64,000 bases of DNA from the NCBI RefSeq assembly GCF_000143415.4, contig NW_003314295.1, positions 933,038 through 997,037 of the forward strand, read 5' to 3'. Shown piece by piece: positions 38,401 through 50,469 of the stretch (the stretch's first letter is position 1; each line of letters begins with the position of its first letter). Source of the stretch: Selaginella moellendorffii. Lineage: Eukaryota; Plantae; Lycopodiophyta. A program made the position numbers and the translations under genes. The notes under the pieces are model-generated. The model saw nothing but the letters and a program-made list of their open reading frames with translations. It did not search any database and was not told where the DNA came from.

Positions 38401-39584
38401 GTGGAGTCCGAGATGGACCCGAGATGGAGTCCAAGATGGAGTTTGAGATAGACCCGAGATGGAGTCCGAGATGGACCCGAGATGGAGTCCGAGATGGACC
38501 TGAGATGGAGTCCGAAGTCAAGACCAAGACCGAGACCGAGATTGAGACCGAGACCGAGGCCGAGTCCGAGTCCGAGTCCGAGTTCGAGTTCGAGTCCGAG
38601 TCCGAGTCCGAGTCCGAGTCCGAGTCCGAGTTCGAGTGAGTTCCAAAAGTATAGTAGGGGGGAGGACTGCAGTGGAGCCAGTTTGGCCAGGAAAGGCTAG
38701 TTTGGCCCAGGAAGGCCGGACCCAGTGTTGGGTGATGAGCTACCCATTGGGAAGTCCAAGACTAGAGTGAACACAGACTGACAAGCGGGGTAGCTTGGTG
38801 AAGTGTTCAAGAGCCGGCTCTAGTTCCCCCGGGAGATCGACTGGCCGATGCTCCCAGTCCAAGTGTGGGTGGCACTACCTACTTGGATACCTGGTGTGGC
38901 TCAACGGAACCTCACTCTAAGCCCATGGCTAGAGCACCTAAAGGCAGAAGGCAAGGAGAGTACCCACGAGGCCCGCGTAGGGCCACGGTGTGCCGAAATG
39001 TTGCCCCAAAGTCCCAAACTGTGGAAAGGAAGAGGAGTAGCCCTCTAGTGTGGTGACAAGGGACACAGTCACACAGTGAGGAAGTCCCAAAGGACTGTTG
39101 GACTTAGTGGTCGGGCTTGTGGGCCTTGATCCAATGGCATTTTTAGTGAACACGACCATGGACAGAAAGGGACTTGGTGGGGACTGAAAAGGAGACATTG
39201 GGGAAGGCTATTCCCCATGTTTGCAGGCATCCTGAGGATGCTATGGAGTGGATCTGGGGTAGCCACTCATGGATGGATAGCCTAGTCTTTGAGAGACGGG
39301 ATTGTAATGCAGGTGGTGTTGGACCACCGATGTGACCAAGGTGGATGGGCATGACCTAGCGTAACGGGCTGGTATGTCAGTGGTACCTTGGGGTGTTGGT
39401 CATGGGATCGGACACGTGGAGCACTTGGACCAAGTGCACAGGTTGAGTGGCGTGGATGCCATTCGCAGGGCTAGCAAACCCCAAGTTCTGAATGGGACTT
39501 ATGGAGGTTGCGAATGAGACTCCTCCAAGTGGTCGGAGGTGCGGTTAAGTGACTAAAGTAGAATGGAAAAATTAGTCGCTTACA
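32494..39584 (+). mobile_element. Younger non-autonomous LTR retroelement A3 (LARD-like)
   Basis: 5' LTR 32494-34209, PBS TGGTATCGGAGC at 34213, and a 3' LTR ~37696-39584 lacking its first ~185 bp and PPT. TSD CTCAG at 32489-32493 and 39585-39589. No intact gag/pol ORF. Confidence 0.9.
32725..33225 (+). repeat. Tandem array of GAGATGGACCC / GAGATGGAGTCC and GAGACC/GAGTCC units within the family A LTR
   Basis: Visible 11/12-bp and 6-bp periodicity. Also present at 37740-38635 and antisense at 31895-32493. Confidence 0.95.
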
Positions 39585-42500
39585 CTCAGACTCTATCTTA
39601 AGTTCATCTCAGACTCCATCTTAGGTCCATCTCAGACTCCATCTCAACACTTCCACGTGTCATGTGTTGGTCCTCTTGTGTCCTTCTTCTAGAGACTCAC
39701 TTATTGCTTGCTTTGAGATCGTTCTTCAAGCCCTTCATTAAGAGTTCCACTCCCGCTCTTGACTTTTCAAGTAAGAGCTTTTATTCTAAACATGTTATGC
39801 TTGTTTAGCTTTCGCTTTAGCGACTACCACATGGCCCTTTTGATTCCACTTTGAGGCTTATGAATTTGTGTCTCATATTGTGTATGAACACTATGGTGCA
39901 ATGTTAACCAATAGTTGATATAAGAAATGACTAGTATGGTTTTGGCAAAAACTTATACACAAGTGGGATGTGTTGTGAGGATAAACTCATAAAGCCGATG
40001 GTGTGGAGACACCAAATGTCTCAAGGGATGATACCATAAGGACAAGTTGGTTGATTCATAAGAACCTCTTGCCAAAGGAACCCTGATGAAAATGGGATTG
40101 ATATATTCTATACTGGTAGGTATGGGATTCATGTGTTTATACCGAATATGGATGGAGGTGTGGAAGCACTGACAATAAGTTATAAAACATGATAATTATA
40201 AAGCAACTAAGAAAAGGGTTGGAGTAAATGGCTGGAATAGTGAGAGTTAACTTTTAACACTTTTTATTGGGATAAGAAGAAGGTTAGTTATGTCTCTTAA
40301 GGGATAATGTGTTTATGTTGAGATATAGTGTCATAATAGGAAATGTTCATTGTCTAGAAAGTTTATCATTGTAAACTATAAGCACTTTAAAACACTAAAG
40401 AGGTGGTGCTTGGGTATTATAAGGTTATTAGATAAGGCCCAAAGGACTAAATCTTTAGAGAATAATGGATAGAAGGTGTTATTTAATATTTAAAGTTGAT
40501 AAAAGCTAGAGATACATAAGTCTGATTATCCAATTACTAGATAAAACCAAAAGGATTTTGACATGGCTAGCAATGGGCATACTGAGACCCATAAATAGCA
40601 ATATTAATCATGGCGTGTGGAATTACAAGTTGAGTATATCCAAATTGAGGAACCACTCCCTAGGCCATTGAGTAAATTCATCCCTCAAAATAATTGCTAA
40701 TGCATGGTGCAAAGTGCAAAATTACCTTCATAACATGGAAGAGAATAATAGAAGGGAACCTATAAAGCCAAAAATAAATAATAAAGGGATAAAATCAAAC
40801 CATAGGAATCAAAGGGTATAGCCTAGGGTGATTATAAAAGTTAAGAGTAGAGAATCAAATGGAAGCTCAACATATTTAATTTAAACACTTTAGTGCAAGT
40901 GGCACCAAGGACGTGGTGAATAAGATGGGGATATCTAAACTCGATTGCTATAGACCCTTAGCCAAGGTCTTTTCCGTCTATATTTGAACTTTTATGGATT
41001 ATTTCTCAAATCATTCTCTTTTGTTGCTTATAATATTCCTCCATTGATTCAAGTGGAGTTTATTAAGCATTGTTATATATAATTGGATAACAACAATATT
41101 AAAACTTTGATCATCATCTTGTAAGTGTATAATTTTTCCATTTAAATGGAAAGGTATTTGGTGGGGATTGAAGAAGGGATATTAAAGAAGAGTGTTCCTT
41201 ATGTCTCTAGGCATCATAATAATGCTAAAGGGCTAGCTTGAGCACACTACCAAGTGTGGGGGATGCCTTTAGTGTCATGGTTAGCAACTTAAAGGTTTGA
41301 TAAACTTAATACCTATTGGTAGACATGTTAATATGTCAATATGAAATCATTAAATGATCCTATGGCTAAATAATGATAATCCCCTTGTTAAATTAAGGAA
41401 TAAGTTTTCTAGTTCAAAGTGTTAATTTGAATTGTTGATAATATAATACAATAGTATTGTGAGTTAAGGAAAATTAATCTCTAAAGAAGAACTCAAAGGA
41501 GGGTCATAAGTTTGGGCCAAGGATAGAACCCACAACAGAAAATGTTAAGAAAACTTACTAGGGGTGAACACCTTATGAACTTAACAAAACAAAGCCTTTG
41601 CTATGGAGCCAAAAAGATATCTCAAGGATGGAGATAGTGATTCTATGTTGCTTGGAACAATAATTAAAGGACAAGAGTGAAAGAATAATGGCCGAAAATG
41701 AACTTTGGAAATTGTTGGAAGGAATCTACATGATAAATTAGGCAATGAATAACCAGGTGGTGGATGTTAATAGATTGTGGAAAAAGAAATATGTTTCTAA
41801 GGATGGGATTCTCAAATGCTCCAATTTAAAGAAGATGAAAGCTTGTATAACATGTGCAATGAAAAGTGTTGGAGACACTTAGGAAATTAACTTGAAAAGT
41901 CAATATTAAAGTTCTAAAGTATGATAATTATGTTGATAAAGGCTAAGACTACTCTAGAATAAATAATAAGATTGAGATAAAGAAGGTGTCTTTGATGAGT
42001 TTAGCAAACACTAAATAAACAAAGGGAAAAGAGCACCATATATGATCTAATGAAATTCTAAGTTGGAGAGACTATGCTTCTGAAAGGATGGGCAAGGCAT
42101 GGTGAGATTTTAATGTTGAACCATTGATGAATATTGTGGTGCCAAAGACAAAGATGGTAATCCATGATGGGTTACTTTATAAAATGGTTTATCATTCGAT
42201 AAGGACAACTAATTTCATCTATGGGTGGTGGAGTTGTGAGACAAGACCAAAAACCCTAACTTGAAAAGTCAAGGGGAATGGAACTCCCAACAAAGTGGTT
42301 GAAGATTGAGTATGAAACAATTAATGAATGATTCTTTAAAATGGGACACAAGAAGGACTAGTGTTATGACGTGTCGAAGTGTTAGGACAAAGTCTAAGAA
42401 GAAGTCTGAAATGGAGTCCAAGATGGATTTGAGATGGAGCATCGGGTCTAAGACCAAATCTAAGTTTGAGTCCATGTCCAAGTCTGAGTCTAAATCTGAG

Positions 42501-43264
42501 ACAGAGTTTGAATACTAATACAGGTCATGGGGTGAATGTCCCCGGGGGGAGGAGGGAGGATGTAAGGGGTTTCAAAAGTATAGTAGAGAGAGTGTGAGGG
42601 TTGGACTCTAGTGGAACTAGTTTGGCCACAAAAGGCCAATATGACCCAGGAAGGCTACAACCACATGCTAGGTGATGATATATAATCATCAAGGAATCCA
42701 AGGATGGATGTTAGATATACCATTTTGCATGAACTTGCGCTTGAGCTCATGAGTGAGGCAAATTAGCAACTCAAGGTTACACTTTGAATTGGTAGGATTG
42801 ATGTTAGCCTATCAAGGGTTCCATGAGTTGTTCCATGTATCGTAGGTAAAAATAAAAGAGAGTTATCAAGGATGAAAAATCAAACATGTAAATTATTTTC
42901 TCTTTTTGGAAAGATGATTTGCAATGAAGTGTTAACTCATTGTTTGTACTTACGTTATACAATCAAGAGTCACTACTTTGATGTATGTTGGAAATGGTGG
43001 TTTTACAAGTGGTGAGTTGTGGGATAGAAAATAGTGGAACACTAAACTATTTTGTTTGGGCTTGTTATTGGAAGACTTGGGTTACAATACTTAATTCTTC
43101 TCTTGGGAACCTTGATATTGCTCTTTGAATAACTTGGTGTTGGATTAGTGTTGGGTTTTGGTCGGAAAAAGAGTGGCATAAGCTTATTTATGTTGTGAAC
43201 AAAAGTTAGTGGTGTTGGGTGTTGTAAATCTCTATTGGTGGGGTGTGGCATTTATGTTGCATTT

Positions 43265-44234
43265 TGTCGCATCAAGTTGGCATTTGATATTTACATAAAC
43301 CTTTGTAATAATGATATTATAGCGCACCTGAATTTGGAGCTGAACTCCAAGCCCGTTGCATTACGAAACAAGGGTCCAATACAATCCCATGAGCACCAGC
43401 TCCCCATATCTAGCACTTGCACAAAATGATGTCAGACGGAGTCTGGCACAATTTTGGCATACCGGTGGCCTAACGCGAGGAGGAGGGTACTCCACCAACT
43501 AGAGCAGCGTGGAGCTTGGGCTTAGACCCAAGCTGGACGCAGAACAAGGAGCGACATAGCCCAGTGGGAGCCAAACTAATGTCTCAAGTGGTCGGACATG
43601 CATTCCAACCACTATCCCTACTATACATTTGGACCCCCCCCCCCCCCCCCCCCCGCCTTGAGGAATACACACTTTGGGCTTTCACCCAAAGCCACCCTTA
43701 GTACCAGGAGTTAGTATCTAGGACAAACTCGAAACTTACTAAATATAGAATGGCCTTAGATTGCGAATTTGGACATGGGACGAACACCATTGTGTTCAAG
43801 CCGACTTCTACATTCCGTAGATATGCCAAATGAGCGAATCTAGACACTTTCCATAAATAGCATTTGGGACCGAAATGAAACTAACACAAAAGGCGTGATA
43901 GCGAAGGTATTTGGCAGACACGGTAAGCTATCATCCAGCGATATTGAGGGACTAATCTCAATACGCGAGGGTTCTTGCCAAGCCAGTGCAAGACAGAGCA
44001 AAAGAGAACTAAAAGTCAGGCCGAGAATGCTCAACTAGAAACACATAAAAGTTCCTATCTTATGTCCATCTGGCTAAGTACAGATGCTAAGCCTAGTTTA
44101 CTAACACTTGGACAAGAGGGGCCAATGATGGGAACCAGTAGTACTGACCTCCTACCGTCATGGCAGTAAAGAAAGAGTGTCCGTAAGGATTGGCCGACAA
44201 GTATCTTTCAATACCCGAAGTCACATTTGCGACA
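43265..44234 (-). mobile_element. LTR of family B (solo-like)
   Basis: TGTCGCA..TGCGACA termini. Reverse-complement homologous to 47715-48340 and 60690-60880. No clean TSD seen. Confidence 0.7.
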
Positions 44235-47200
44235 GATATGAATGTTACTTGTGGTGTTTCTCAATTGATGATTAAGTCATTGTGATTTTTATATTATATC
44301 CATGAGATCATGAACAAGTTGCTTGGTCAAATGATGATCAACCCCAAAGTCGTTGATGGAGAAGCTAATTTACTTACAAGAAGTAACATTAAAGTAGCTT
44401 TGACTTGGTTTTCGATGGTGATCCATTATACTAAACTTAAGTGGGTACTTTAGTTCCTTGGTTCTTAAGAGGTTGCTCATTAAAGTGTTTGAAAGTTTGT
44501 ATTCCTAGGCTGAGAGTCATTCTTTCTCTAGGATAGAAAAATTTCCACAAATTTTCTTAGGCTTTTCTAATGGCTGATCTATTAATTATTTTGCTCAAAA
44601 CCATTTCATTTTTGTAAGCCAATACAAACTAGTGAAAGGGTAGGAGTTAGCTTTGGTTAAATTAGGCTTTATTATGTAATTTGCATGATGCAATCCAAAA
44701 AAGATGTTGATTTTTGGGGCTAAGGCAATTGAGTTGACTAAAGTCTGGAGTTGGTATAGAAAAGTGGCCATTGTGGTTTTCTAGAAAGGCGACCCTTATG
44801 CCTTTTTTTTATAGCATTGTGCTTGGTGGCAAGTTGCACCTTGCATACTATTAAACTCTATGAGAGTAGTGAGCTCTCATTGATCTTAACTTGATTTTGG
44901 TAGCTTTTTGCTTTGGCTGAGGATAGTGATATCCAACTCATTTATTTGAGGTTGAGATATTAGTACCCATTATATAGCTTTATCTATGAGAAGGTTGTCT
45001 ATCAATATGAGTCCATCTTGTGGTTTTCACTTTAGTTTCAACTAAGTGTTGGTCATGTATAGTTAGCCTCTTTAAGACATGCTCAGAGTTGTTAGTTAAA
45101 TATATGAGTGAGTTTATTATGGTTGAGTTGGATTCGAGTGGTTATTTAGTCTGTGTTTGTTCATATTCCTATATCTTGTACCTAGGGTATTACCTTTATG
45201 ATACACAAATATATGACTCGATAACTTGAGTTTATGTTTGGGTCTTGTGAAAGGCAAGTTGAAGAGTGATTATTAGTTGCTTCTCAACTAATGATTGCTT
45301 GTAAATTTTGTCGAAGATTGTTAACACTTGCCTTGCTCAATGAAAAATTATCAGTGATAGATTTGCTTTACCAGATGATGTTGTAGAGAATTGTATCATT
45401 TGACTTACATGGTTTTTCCATATTGGCATGTCAATTCTACCTCTTGCAATATCATTTATTTGCATTTAGTCTGTGGTGTTGAATTTCATTAAGTCTTGGA
45501 TGTGGTGAATCATTCCTTGATGATGTGTTATCTATAACTGAGTATTGTTAAAGGTTTAGTCTCAAATATTGAGTAAAATATCTTTGACATTGGTTGGCTT
45601 GATTGTTAAAGAGTTTTTGAGTGGTGATTCACTCTTACTTTTTATTAGCTTTATTTATGTGTTGATGGCATTGAAGTGATGCCTTGTCATTAACGTTGTT
45701 AATGTTGAGATTCAAGTGAAATGAGATTGTCTTTCCATATGATTGATATTGAGTTTCATTAGTCTTAATGGAAATAGTGTTAATAATTTGGCTATAAATT
45801 TGTGTTATTACCATTTCTGCATTTGCTAATTAGCAAATGTATTGACATTTAAATGAACTGAGTGGTAGGTTAAATTAGTTGTGTTCTAGACGAGATTGTT
45901 TAATAGCGGTTAAGTTTTAACTTTCCTTGAAAAGTTATTTAGTCATGGATTATGCTAGCTTTACAAGAGGAAGAGTTAGTGATTGATATTGGAATGTTTA
46001 AATCTTTATTGGATTTGAGTTAGGATATATCGATCATTGATAAAAAAATTTGTGCTTGTTATCAAGTGAGTTACATCTTGCTATAAAAGATGGATTCATA
46101 AATGATCATTTGGTGATCACTTGTTGAGCATAGCTTTATTGTGTTTGGCTTTTGGATTAATGTAAAAATGCTCTTTATTAACTTTAGTATTATGAAGTAG
46201 CCAAGACTTGCCTAACAATGATTAGAAGTTTCACATAAACTAACTTCAATGCTAAAGAAGAAATCATAATATCCTCTCAATAAATCCAAAAATCGTAAAT
46301 CAATGAGACAGAGGTTATACCATTGTCAATTTCAATAATAAATTTCTTCAAGCTTTTGGTTCTTTGAGTTTTCATGTTCATTATTCCATTTGCTAAGAGT
46401 TTTTGGAGATTATATTTTGGCTTATTAGCTTCAATGTTGAAATTAGTATTTGCATATGGTTGGTAATGATTGACTATCATTTAGAATAGTTAATTATCCT
46501 TGTCAAAAGTTTTGTTTGATTATTGTTTATATGGAATGATTTATCATTCTTTGGGATGGTGGATTCTTTCTTCAATGATGATTCTACATCTGTTTATTAG
46601 TAGGATGATTAATGATCTTTTATGATACTTAGTTGTTCTCTTTGATAGTTTATAGCTTTTCATATTGCTACATATTATTTGTCATTTGCTCTGGATTGGT
46701 TTCTTAGGTTTGAAATATCAATAGGATGTTATTGCTATGCTTAAAATACTTGAGTCCCTTAGTATGGTTGACTGGGATCTATTCAAATTAGCTAATGCAA
46801 TAGTTGGCATGAACGTTATGTTTATTGGTCTTGCAGCATTCATTCTGTTTTGATGATTGTTATTCAAGCTAGTTCTAATAAATTTGGATGTTATTTCCTT
46901 TGGGTAATACATTTGCAAGCATTTTACTTACTAATCGATGATACTTTATATTCTTTGAGTTATTTTATGTAAGTTGTTTGGCATGCTATTTGCAATCTTT
47001 GATAATTAAGTTTTTTATTGAGTTTTCTTGATGATACATTGGATATTAAATTTTTGTTAGATAGTGAATCCTATATTTTCCAATTATGATGATCTTGGTG
47101 GTTCATATACTAATAATGGTTTATCGGATGATAACTTACTTGGAATACTTTTGCATTCTAATCTAAGATTTATTCATTGATATTAAGTCTCTCAGATATC

Positions 47201-49604
47201 ATTGTCTCTGACTTTAATATTATCCATCTCTTGATCTTTGAGTTGGGCCAATATAGGCAAATTGACTTTGCACTTCATGTCCATAATGAAATATTTAGTC
47301 ATAGGGTAGCTATGTCAAATTGGTCATATCACCCACCTCTCTCTCGATTTATAGTAGTCTATCTAAACCTTACCTATAGGTTTGGTTTATTTACTCATGA
47401 GGGTTAGGGCCTTTAGCTTCTCTCTCTATGTCCCTGTGAGCAGGGGCATATCACACATTTGTAAGTTGGGTGACACCCAGAGCAGTAGGGGTGGCTAACT
47501 CTGTTGGTCATTTCCTTGTCAGCGATGGCCAAAAGGTGTTTGAGTTGGTAGTGCATTTGCGTTAAAAAAATAAGTTGCATCTTGACTTATTTAAATTGAT
47601 GCATTTTTTACAAAGTGTGAATACTATGAATTTTTTTGGAGTTGTTTTCTTGATGGTGTTCTAGACTAAAGTATACATTGACAAGGACGTCGATCTTCCT
47701 TAATGGGGGGAGAGTATCATAAATATAACTTTGGGTATTGAAAGTTACTTATTGATTAGTCATTTCAGATATTCTTTCTTTACTACCACGACAGCAAGAG
47801 GCCGGTATTGTTGGTTCCCTTTTCATCCCCTTTTATTCAAGTGTTAGTAAACTTTACTTAGCTAGATAGACATAAAGTAGGAACTTATATGTGTTTTTTG
47901 CTAAGTATACTCAGCCTAGCTTTTAATTTTCTTTTGCTCTATCTTGCATTGCCTTAATAAGAACCCTTGCGTATTAAGATTAGTCCCTCAATATTGCCAA
48001 ATGATTGTTTGCCAAACACCCTTGCTATCATGCACCTTGTGTTAGTTCCATTCAGTCCAAATTGCTATTTATAGAAAGTGTCTAGATTTGTTAATTTGGT
48101 ATATCTACAGAATCTAAAGATTGTCCTAAACACAATAGTGTTAGTCCCATGTCCAAATTTGCAATCTAATATCATTCCATATTTAGTAAGTTTTGAGTTA
48201 GTCCTAAAGACTGACTCCTGGTACTAAAAGTGGATAAGGGTGACAGCCCAAAGCATGCATTCTTCAAGGGGGAGGAAGGCTATGGGGGGTTCCAAATGTA
48301 TAGTAGGGATAATAAGTAGGCTAGGCATAGTTGACCAACCGGGGATGGTCCAAAGTTGAGTTGAGATTATGAGTTGAGCTCAATTCAACACAAGTCAACT
48401 CAAGTCAACATAGTCAATAAGAAATATTACAAAGGAGATCTACATTGAACAAATGAAGGTTCTAACAAACTTTAAAATATTAAAATACGTAAATATCTAA
48501 GTTAAAAGTTTCTATAAGATTGAATTGTTTAAAAAAGACAAAGTTCATGAGAACCTATCTTTTATAAAACTATATTATTTTATTATGACAACTGTTACAG
48601 CTGTCATATTTGATTTGACTACTTAATATTTTGAATACTTTTACAGCTGTAGATACTATTCCTTCATTCAAAAGATTTTTTAGGGTTTTTGAGAAGATGG
48701 GAAGCAAAGAAAATACAAGATCTGTGAGTAAGAGTTGTAGTGCAAAAGAATGTGAGAATGTTAATTTTGTTTCACTACCACAATCTCCATATTACACTCC
48801 TGGTCCTTATTACTTATCTGGGAATGTGGAGACCACTATCACGATTGATAAAAATGCTCCTGTTACTTCTGAAACAACAGTCCAAAGCAAGAGAAATGAA
48901 GAAATGAATAGCACAGCGGAAAGCACCAAGAAATCTACTCCATAAAACTTTCCATGACATTTGTAATTTACATATTAATTCATATTAAAAACTCTATTTC
49001 TTGCCTATATCGCAATCCTCTCATATGATAAGACCAAGGTATATTTTGCAGTGAATCCTCATTAAAAGTTTTTGGGAATTGTTTGTAAATAATGATAAAA
49101 GAAATCAAAATCTTTCGAAAGACTCAAAAGTAATATCACATCAAAGAATCAACTTTATCTACATTTCCAAGATTAAAAGGCAATCTCACATGAGAGAATG
49201 GTAACGTGCCAACGTGCTCTACCACTATAATGTGGTCTATATTTCCTTTCAATTTATTTCCCTAGACATTTGGTATGTGTAGAAAAGAATATATGTGTAG
49301 CAAAGTAGGATTCATCATAATGATAGAGCATGTGTATACACGATAATCTAAAATTCTAGAAGCTCTTATGTTTACAAGAAAGTTATGATTATGAAGCCCC
49401 ATTTCCAAGACTGACATTTAAAGAATTTGAGTATTGTCAGTGTCATAATAAATAAACCTCATTTCTAAGAATCTGAGTATTGTCAGTGTCATAATAAATA
49501 AACCTCATTCCCAAGACTAAAACTTAGTATATAAACTATTTAGAAAAGTTATAGTCATTGTAGGTTTTTTGCTCTCCTTGAGCTCCTTAGAAGTTTATAT
49601 TGAA

Positions 49605-50150
49605 ATGGCTCAAAGGAGACCCATTGCTAATCATACTTGGCCCCCCAGCATTTCATATCAATCTCCACCTCCATCCCTAAATTCTACCAACATTCCACTT
49701 TCACCTCCACATAACAATCCTTTTTCTACTGAGGGCTCTAGTGAAGCTGAATTAGAGCTCCCTATATGTGAAATTCCGGATCTTGCTACTAGAGAGGGAT
49801 TGCCTCCAGCGTTTCAAGAGCAATGCCACATGTTTTTGCAAGATCTTACTCCTGACATGGCAGGACTACTTGAAAGCACAGAACGCTATTACATTCGGTG
49901 TCCAATATGCTACTTTTTCTTAGATAAGACAAATGGCTCTATGGGTTTATAAACTTTTCTTGAGCACTGTAAGAATTGCCCAACGGCAAGTCTGGAAAAT
50001 GTGCACATGTGCATGTACAATAGATTCAAGAATGAGTTACAGACACATACCCACTATCGCTTCATGGTGAGGAATAACATCCCCTTGGGAAACACTGCAT
50101 TGGCTAGTGCAAAATATGGGGTTTTTAGGCCACCCTATAGTGGAATGTAA
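49605..50150 (+). pseudogene. Small CPIC..HC..H zinc-finger ORF (zf-XS-like), one in-frame stop
   Basis: RCPICYFFLDKTNGSMGL*TFLEHC..VHMCMYNRFKNELQTHTHY. The frame continues past TAA 49950 and is paralogous to 59708-60160. Confidence 0.6.
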
Positions 50151-50469
50151 GATCTAAAATTACTTTACTATACTATAGTATTGTCACTATTACAAGAAAA
50201 AATATAATAAAATGATATTAGTTGTAGGTAACATCCTTGTTCTAAAAGGTGCTATCATATCACATACAATTATTTACAAAATGTTGAAGGAGGAGATGGC
50301 AACACACAAGCACTACAAAGTGATGGTGACAGGTGAGAATGATAATCTATAATTATGGTATCTGACACTGACACTGACATCTGACAATTTTACTGACATC
50401 TGACAATTTTACTAACATCTGACACTTTCACTGACATCTAACATATAACAAGCTTTCCATTTTATGTAA

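Larger units (their letters stand above)
30908..39877 (-). mobile_element. Solo LTR of family A (A2, antisense), split by element A3
   Basis: Reverse complement of the family A LTR in two pieces (30908-32493, 39590-39877), with TSD TTGTG at 30903-30907 and 39878-39882. Confidence 0.85.
28296..42702 (+). mobile_element. Old decayed LTR retroelement copy A1 (family A), host of nested insertions
   Basis: 5' LTR 28296-29405 (TGTGA..TTACA) followed by a degenerate Met-PBS. The internal region resumes at 39883. PPT-like GGGTGGTGGAGT precedes a truncated 3' LTR from 42235. Confidence 0.75.

Noticed and set aside
31851-38700. MESEMDPRW / SISDS / RVHLGLHL repetitive ORFs and a possible CRISPR-like array
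   Set aside because: Translations of the LTR minisatellite. Units are contiguous with no unique spacers, and the context is eukaryotic.
44235-47714. AT-rich region as retrotransposon pol
   Set aside because: It ends in a PPT before a family B LTR, but it is too decayed for me to recognise RT, integrase or gag motifs.
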